From assembly GCA_015485435.1 (NCBI GenBank), contig WFTO01000400.1, positions 1-51,651 on the forward strand: a DNA stretch of 51,651 bases, written 5' to 3'. Positions 45,976-51,651 of this stretch are shown here, piece by piece. Position 1 is the stretch's first letter, and each line of letters begins with the position of its first letter. Position numbers and translations under genes: made by a program. Source of the stretch: Anaerolineae bacterium (lineage in GTDB: Bacteria > Chloroflexota > Anaerolineae > J102). The notes under the pieces are model-generated. The model was given only the letters and a program-made list of their open reading frames with translations, did no database searches and was not told where the DNA came from.

Positions 45976-47550
45976 TTATCTTTCGTTTTCTTCGGCGACA
46001 GGCAGGGTAAAGAAGAACGCAGATCCCTTTCCCAACTCGCTTTCAACCCAGATCTCCCCTCCCATCGCTTGAATAATCGCCTTAACCAGAAATAATCCCA
46101 GGCCAGCGCCCTGGGCCCGGCGACGCAAGCTTGAATCTACTCGGTAAAATGGTTCGAAAATATCGTCAAACTCTTCTTCCGGTATCCCTATGCCTGAGTC
46201 TCGCACATAAACCAACACACGGCGCCCATCCGCTTTGGCGCCCACCTCGATGTTTCCGCCCTGGGGAGAATATTTCACAGCATTACTGATGAGATTATCA
46301 AACACCTGTCGCAGACGACGATCATCCGCCATGACCAGGGGGAGATTATTGGGGATTTGCAAGATGAATTGATGGTGTGGGCTTTGGGCGCTGAATCGTT
46401 CCACTGCCTTACGGGCGATCATGGCCAGATCGACCGGCTCTAAACGCAAAGATAATGCGCCCGCCTGGATGCGAGACGCATCCAACAGATTATCGATAAG
46501 TTCTGTAAGCCGATCGGCCTCTTCGACAATGATGCGACCGCTTTCCCGCACAAACTGGGGATCGAGCTGGACGTCTTCGCGGGCGAGAGTCCCCGCATAT
46601 CCTTTAATGATGCTGACAGGCGTTTTGAGTTCATGCGAAATCACAGAAATAAAGGTAGACTTTAACTCCTCGGCTTCACGATAGCGCGTAATGTCTACAA
46701 ACGTTACAATGACGTTAACCAGATTGCCGTCATTGCCAAACAGCGGCGCGTAGCTAACACCTACCGTCACGCGCTTACGGCCTGGACGAAGAATATCGCC
46801 CTCGCCATAGATCACGCGAGTTGTGGGTGGAGGAGGCGCGCCTTGTTGCATACAAAGATGTTCGCCTGTCGTGTTTTCGAGTTTGAGTACTTCGGAGCAA
46901 TGTTTGCCTCGCACCGCATCTTCTGAAATGCCTAACAATTTCGATAAGGCGCGATTGATGATCTCCACTCGCATGCCAGGATCGAGAATCATGATCCCGT
47001 TGGGGTTATTTTCGATAATCGCTTCCACGCGCGCCTTTTCGGTTCGAAGTTGTTCGACCTGTCGGGCATTGCGCACAGCCACCGCAGCCTGATCAGCAAA
47101 ATCCCGCAACAGCATTCGATCTCCTGGCGTAAAGGCTATGGTTCCTGCCCGAAACAAGAAAATCCCTCCCACCACATCTTCATCTTCCAACACCAGTGGC
47201 AGTGCGATCACTTGTTCCAACGACGAACTGACCACGTCATTTACCATATCCAATTGATAACGAAGCTCCTCTTCGCTCCAAAACTCAGCTACTGGTCGCT
47301 TCTGCGCCAAATAGGGGGACAGACGCTCAAACACCGCAGTAGGCAATCGGTACCCCGTCGTAATCCGTAATGCGCCCGAACGCGTGGTTAACGCAATATA
47401 CCCAAAGTCTGCGCGCACCAATTCAGCTGCATAACCGAGAATGGTTCGCAACAGGGTCGACAGATCGGGGCTGGAAGCAAATATCCGGGTGATTTCCAGT
47501 AGCGCTTCCAACTGTTGTTGCCGATATTCCGAATAAAGGGATAAGCTCAT
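45976..47550 (-). CDS. Sensor histidine kinase (cytoplasmic; GAF + PAS + HisKA + HATPase_c)
   Basis: H-box SHELKTP, N-box NLISNAVKYSP, G1 VRDSGIGIP and G2 GAGLGLFLV. No TM segments. The start is ambiguous (47550 or 47598). Confidence 0.88.
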   Translation of the reverse strand: MSLSLYSEYRQQQLEALLEITRIFASSPDLSTLLRTILGYAAELVRADFGYIALTTRSGALRITTGYRLPTAVFERLSPYLAQKRPVAEFWSEEELRYQLDMVNDVVSSSLEQVIALPLVLEDEDVVGGIFLFRAGTIAFTPGDRMLLRDFADQAAVAVRNARQVEQLRTEKARVEAIIENNPNGIMILDPGMRVEIINRALSKLLGISEDAVRGKHCSEVLKLENTTGEHLCMQQGAPPPPTTRVIYGEGDILRPGRKRVTVGVSYAPLFGNDGNLVNVIVTFVDITRYREAEELKSTFISVISHELKTPVSIIKGYAGTLAREDVQLDPQFVRESGRIIVEEADRLTELIDNLLDASRIQAGALSLRLEPVDLAMIARKAVERFSAQSPHHQFILQIPNNLPLVMADDRRLRQVFDNLISNAVKYSPQGGNIEVGAKADGRRVLVYVRDSGIGIPEEEFDDIFEPFYRVDSSLRRRAQGAGLGLFLVKAIIQAMGGEIWVESELGKGSAFFFTLPVAEENER

Positions 47551-47721
47551 AACGGGTTGGACCTGTGAGAGGTTGATGATGGCCGAGACGATGATCAATC
47601 CTCTTTATTCTATCACGTTGTTCTGGAATTGACGGCCCATTGCCCTGGGGTTACAATGACAGCCTCACCTAACAGCGCTTATCATTGTTTTGCGCTCATC
47701 TTTTGATTCTTCGAAGGGTGT

Positions 47722-48495
47722 ATGTTCGCTCATCATTTCCACATCAGATTCTGGGTCCTTGCAGCGCTTGTGTTCTTAATGTGGAGTGCCATGGGCTGTG
47801 GTAGTTTTGTGCCACCACCCGAATCCACGCCTACACTCACCACGCCTTCTCCAACGCCCACAATCATCGTTCATCAGACGGCGACGAAAACGCCGCCTCC
47901 AGCGGTTCGCGCGCTTTATCTCACCCTTACGCCCACCGCTACAGCGACCATTCCCAAGCCCACCCCAACGCCTACGCCTTATCCCGGACTCGTGCACCTA
48001 GGCCAACCAGCACGCGTTCTCGCCCGGACGGGCCTCAACGTCCGCGAATTCCCTTCGCCAAAGGCTACGCGGCTAGGCAACCTGCCTCCAAATGCCGTGG
48101 TTGTGGTCACCGACGGCCCCGTTGAAGCAGAGGGTTTTCTATGGTGGCAGATCGACAACCAATATGGGCTGGCTGGTTGGGTTGCGGGCAGCGATGGCGA
48201 AGATGTCTGGCTCTCGGGTGAATTGGGCGAAAAGCGTCCTGTGAATCGTCCTGTTCGCTTGGGCGATGTGGTTATGGTGACCACTGCCAACGGTCGCAAT
48301 CTCAGCATTCGTTACGAACCTGGCATTCATGGGCTGTTGAAACGACGCGTGGTTGCAGGAACTCATTTGCAAGTCATTGATGGTCCCATTCTCTTAGATA
48401 ACATCCGCTGGTGGAAGGTTCAACGGGCCGACGGCCTGACCGGTTGGGCTGCGGAAGGCGGCAAACGCGAGCGATGGCTCTCCCCTTTGGAATAA
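47722..48495 (+). CDS. Lipoprotein with a Pro/Thr linker and two bacterial SH3 (SH3b) domains
   Basis: Lipobox SAMGCGS. Two repeats of the ...V...G..L.VR..P......L..G..V.V.DGP......WW.....G..GW... pattern. Confidence 0.75.
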   Translation: MFAHHFHIRFWVLAALVFLMWSAMGCGSFVPPPESTPTLTTPSPTPTIIVHQTATKTPPPAVRALYLTLTPTATATIPKPTPTPTPYPGLVHLGQPARVLARTGLNVREFPSPKATRLGNLPPNAVVVVTDGPVEAEGFLWWQIDNQYGLAGWVAGSDGEDVWLSGELGEKRPVNRPVRLGDVVMVTTANGRNLSIRYEPGIHGLLKRRVVAGTHLQVIDGPILLDNIRWWKVQRADGLTGWAAEGGKRERWLSPLE

Positions 48496-48547
48496 TAAGC
48501 AGCGTACACCATCTTTTTCTAAATGACATCATGGAAGTAATGACATA

Positions 48548-49180
48548 ATGAAGAATAAACAGTCATCAAACGTGCTTATCGTTGGCCTTGTTGGCAGCCT
48601 GCGCGAAGAAAGTTACACCCGCATGGCTGTGAACCTGGCGTTAAGTGGCGCGGCGAAAAAGGGCGCCCAAATCAAACTCATTGATTTAAGGGACTTTGAT
48701 CTGCCCTTTTGCGATGGTTCGGGGAAAGAAGCGGACCGCTATCCTGATGTCCTGCGATTACGCAAAGAGGTTGCCCAGGCCCAGGGCATTATCCTGGGAA
48801 CGCCAGACTATCACGGTAGTTTCAGCGGCGTACTCAAAAATGCATTGGACCTCATGGGGTTTCAAGAGTTCGCCGGAAAGGTGGTTGGTTTGGTGGGCGT
48901 CGCCGGAGGCGCATTGGGGGCCGTCAACGCCCTGAACGATTTACGCAAAGTAGGCCGGTCCCTCCATGCCTGGGTCGTGCCTCATCAGGTGGCGATCCCA
49001 CAAGCCTGGAAACACTTCCATAGCGACGGCACATTGGATGATCTTGAATACCAGAAACGCTTGCAGGAAGTGGGGGAAGAGGTCGCACGCTTCGCCTACC
49101 TGCTTTCGTCCGCTGAAACTCGCAAGTTTCTGGAACTCTGGGAGCAAGCTATGCCCAATCCTGGCGGCGAGGGACGATAA
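48548..49180 (+). CDS. NAD(P)H-dependent FMN reductase family flavoprotein
   Basis: VLIVGLVGSLREESYTR...TPDYHGSFSGVLKNALD, typical of the flavodoxin-like FMN_red family. Confidence 0.85.
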   Translation: MKNKQSSNVLIVGLVGSLREESYTRMAVNLALSGAAKKGAQIKLIDLRDFDLPFCDGSGKEADRYPDVLRLRKEVAQAQGIILGTPDYHGSFSGVLKNALDLMGFQEFAGKVVGLVGVAGGALGAVNALNDLRKVGRSLHAWVVPHQVAIPQAWKHFHSDGTLDDLEYQKRLQEVGEEVARFAYLLSSAETRKFLELWEQAMPNPGGEGR

Positions 49181-49219
49181 TGACATGATTACTCCATCCA
49201 ACGCGTGGGTGACAGCGGC

Positions 49220-49810
49220 ATGATCTCCCCTCCTCGCGTGGTCGCCATCATCCTGGCCGCGGGTGAAGCCCGCAGGTTTGGCTCCCCCAAACAACGTGTG
49301 CTCTGGCGCGGAGAGCCCCTGTTGCGGCATGTCGTTCTTCAGACTCTGGCCGCGCCAGTGCAAGAGATTGTTGTGGTTTTGGGGGCGCATGTCCGCCTTG
49401 TCAGCCCCCTCCTTCACGGCCTGCCGGTCACCCTGGCGATCACGCACAAGTGGCCTCAGGGAATGAGCGAAAGCGTCAGGATCGGCCTACGCGCCATTCG
49501 AGGCGAAGCAGATGCTGCGCTCTTTTTGCTGGCTGATCAACCGGGCGTCACCGCCTCGTTGATCGAGCGTTTCGTTCACACCTTTGCAACCACCGGCGCC
49601 GCCATCGTAGCGCCACGCGCCGGAAAGCGCCGGGGAAATCCCGTGCTTTTCCGCAAAAACCTCTTCTCGGAACTTATGAACGTCCGCGGGGATGAAGGTG
49701 GGCGCCGCGTGATCCAACACCATCAGTCGCAGATTCAATGGATCGAAGTGGAGGAACATATCTTCGATGATATCGACAAACCAAACGATTTAATGCCACG
49801 CGAGATGTAG
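49220..49810 (+). CDS. MobA/MocA-like nucleotidyltransferase (molybdenum cofactor nucleotidylyltransferase family)
   Basis: AIILAAGEARRFGSPKQ and LLADQP motifs. I prefer the ATG at 49220 over the GTG at 49205. Confidence 0.75.
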   Translation: MISPPRVVAIILAAGEARRFGSPKQRVLWRGEPLLRHVVLQTLAAPVQEIVVVLGAHVRLVSPLLHGLPVTLAITHKWPQGMSESVRIGLRAIRGEADAALFLLADQPGVTASLIERFVHTFATTGAAIVAPRAGKRRGNPVLFRKNLFSELMNVRGDEGGRRVIQHHQSQIQWIEVEEHIFDDIDKPNDLMPREM

Positions 49811-50049
49811 CTCGGATTACCTTTTGGTCGCGTCGCACTTACTGTGATAAAATGCACAACAATCTTTATATTTGGCCACCCAGTCCAGTGAATGCACCCT
49901 TCGTAAGACAAGGCTGATACCCCTGTCAGGAGAAACACGTCTTGAGGTTTCGCTTCAAGGACGTCCTGACATTCGACAATGACCTGTCGGTATCACATTT
50001 GTCAATTCGGATGATCGTGCATGCTTGTTTTTTATCGGAGCATTAATAC

Positions 50050-50406
50050 ATGGTCATTGATTATTTGCCTATCCTCATCCTGATCGTGGTCGCCTTTTTA
50101 TTCGCGGCCTTTATTCTCGTTCTGACCTGGGTGCTTGGCCCCAAGCGCCCCAACCGGGCCAAGAATGAGCCCATCGAATCGGGCATGATCCCGTTCACCA
50201 GCCCTCGGCAGCGGTTTTCGGTGCAGTATTATATGGTGGCAATGATGTTCATTCTTTTCGATGTGGAGGTCATTTTCCTTTATCCGTGGGCGGTGAAGAT
50301 GGGGCAGCTAAAATGGTTTGGATTGGCTGAAATGGCCGTTTTTTTGCTGATTTTGCTGGTTGGCTTTTTCTTTGTTTGGAAGAAGGGAGCGTTCGAATGG
50401 GATTAA
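50050..50406 (+). CDS. nuoA: NADH-quinone oxidoreductase subunit A
   Basis: Three TM segments. Conserved PFTSPRQRFSVQYYMVAMMFILFDVEVIFLYPW. Confidence 0.95.
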   Translation: MVIDYLPILILIVVAFLFAAFILVLTWVLGPKRPNRAKNEPIESGMIPFTSPRQRFSVQYYMVAMMFILFDVEVIFLYPWAVKMGQLKWFGLAEMAVFLLILLVGFFFVWKKGAFEWD

Positions 50407-50551
50407 CTCGACCGGGCGTTGTCGCTTCAGTTGAAGATTTCGGCGTTATAGCTGAGATCCTGTTTCTCGCGTCTCTCAATACTTCCGCAGTTTGTTTATT
50501 CCATGCTGCACAGGCAGCTGCTTTGTATATCCCTACCGGAGATACCGCCTT

Positions 50552-51106
50552 ATGGGCTTAGAAACCCGATTGCCTGAAACAGGCGTGATTACAACATCCC
50601 TGGAATCTGTCGTTAACTGGAGCCGAAAAAATTCGGTCTGGCCGCTTTTGTTCGGTCTGGCCTGTTGCGCCATTGAAATGATAACGACCGGCACCTCTCG
50701 TCACGATATTGCCCGCTTTGGCAGCGAGCTCTTCCGAGCATCACCCCGCCAAGCCGACTTGATGATTGTGGCGGGGCGCGTCAGCAATAAGATGGCGCCG
50801 GTTATCAAACGTCTGTATGACGAAATGGCTGAGCCCAAATGGGTCATTGCCATGGGCATTTGTGCCACAGCTGGCGGCCCATTCAACAACTACGCCATCG
50901 TCCAGGGCGTTGACAAAATCATCCCGGTGGACGTCTACGTTCCCGGATGTCCTCCTCGCCCCGAAGCCCTGCTGTATGCTCTAACCATGCTGCAAAAGAA
51001 GATCGAGCATGAGCATCTGCGAGATCACAACGCCCCGAAAGCGACGGAAACGGGCATTCTGCTGCCCAACACATCCACTGACCTGCCACCACTTCCCGGA
51101 GCATAA
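50552..51106 (+). CDS. nuoB: NADH-quinone oxidoreductase subunit B
   Basis: [19 protein letters not shown] and [11 protein letters not shown] cluster-N2 ligand motifs. ATG at 50552 (MGLETRLPE...); the upstream TTG extension is non-conserved. Confidence 0.95.
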   Translation: MGLETRLPETGVITTSLESVVNWSRKNSVWPLLFGLACCAIEMITTGTSRHDIARFGSELFRASPRQADLMIVAGRVSNKMAPVIKRLYDEMAEPKWVIAMGICATAGGPFNNYAIVQGVDKIIPVDVYVPGCPPRPEALLYALTMLQKKIEHEHLRDHNAPKATETGILLPNTSTDLPPLPGA

Positions 51107-51178
51107 GCTTCGCCCTCGGTCATCGGATACGCGCCGATGGCCTCCGCCCAAAAAACGTCTGCTTGTTTGATCGATATC

Positions 51179-51651
51179 ATGACAGATCCTATCCATGCCC
51201 TTCGTCAACACCTTCCCGACGCAGTGCTAGAAACCGGCGACGCCTCAGGCGTGCCCTCCATCACCGTTAAATCTGAGCACTTGCTGGAAGTCGGTCGATT
51301 TATGCGCGACCATCTGGCGTTTGATCTGCTCAGCAACCTCACCGTGGTGGATCGCCTGAAGTTGCCCGACTTCAATCCCGAATCCGAAGCGCGTTTCGTT
51401 GGCGTGTATCATCTGCGCTCGGTAGCACGGAATGGCGAACTGTTGCAAATCAAAACCCCCTTGTCCGGAGGAGACACGCCTGTCGCCCCCAGCGTGACCA
51501 GTATTTGGCCCACTGCCAACTGGCACGAGAGAGAAGCTTTCGACCTGTTTGGCGTTCGTTACGAAGGCCACCCCGATCTACGACGCATCCTGCTTCCCGA
51601 CGACTGGCCCGGACACCCCCTACGTAAGGAACTGCCTTTGGGGGGCGAACG
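51179..51651 (+). CDS. nuoC: NADH-quinone oxidoreductase subunit C, 5' part (runs off the window end)
   Basis: Manual translation from the ATG at 51179 gives MTDPIHALRQHLPDAV...ANWHEREAFDLFGVRYEGHPDLRRILLPDDWPGHPLRK, the hallmark NuoC motifs. It is absent from the ORF track because no stop falls in the window. Confidence 0.9.
   Translation, partial: MTDPIHALRQHLPDAVLETGDASGVPSITVKSEHLLEVGRFMRDHLAFDLLSNLTVVDRLKLPDFNPESEARFVGVYHLRSVARNGELLQIKTPLSGGDTPVAPSVTSIWPTANWHEREAFDLFGVRYEGHPDLRRILLPDDWPGHPLRKELPLGGE

Noticed and set aside
51245-51571. 108-aa minus-strand ORF at the window end
   Set aside because: It is antisense to the nuoC 5' region, whose frame carries the hallmark HEREAFDLFG and HPLRK motifs.

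Overview
51.6-kb bacterial chromosomal window with about 45 real CDSs and no rRNA, tRNA, CRISPR array, transposase or integrase. GC looks like the low-to-mid 50s % by eye, and starts commonly follow GGAGG-type Shine-Dalgarno sites. Gene content loosely suggests a Chloroflexota-like organism, but I cannot verify this. The flanks are housekeeping. On the left are an HtrA-type protease, Fpr-type ferredoxin-NADP reductase, a secreted beta-helix protein, a cytochrome c lipoprotein, gatC-gatA, an SbcD/Mre11-like nuclease, an SDR and a HEAT-repeat protein. On the right are tkt, rpe, an SLC13 permease, radC, a USP, AmmeMemoRadiSam proteins B and A, a GAF-PAS histidine kinase, an SH3b lipoprotein, an FMN reductase, a MobA-like protein and nuoA-nuoB-nuoC (5' part). 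The centre (about 11.5-35.4 kb) is an almost uninterrupted minus-strand supercluster in two parts. (1) An 11.8-kb array of eight consecutive radical-SAM genes: six with an N-terminal cobalamin-binding-type domain in three subtypes (one a tandem duplicate), plus two SPASM/twitch-type. A 68-aa ORF is embedded in the array and a class I SAM methyltransferase is transcribed divergently from it. (2) A glycan/glycoconjugate assembly locus: a split Alg14/Alg13-like GT, a Gfo/Idh/MocA oxidoreductase, an LbH acetyltransferase, a GT-C, a GT4, two tandem CapK/PaaK-like adenylating enzymes, a Wzy_C/O-antigen-ligase-like protein and DegV, bordered by a divergent secreted clan GH-A hydrolase. I found no partner genes of a characterised class-B radical-SAM pathway (RiPP leader/protease/exporter, hopanoid, bacteriochlorophyll, aminoglycoside). 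This radical-SAM/glycan supercluster is therefore my main candidate for an undescribed system. Its substrate (glycan, glycolipid or peptide) cannot be decided from sequence alone. Several strong hairpins or palindromes sit at operon junctions, and an unusual heptamer-repeat region lies at the 5' end of the window.
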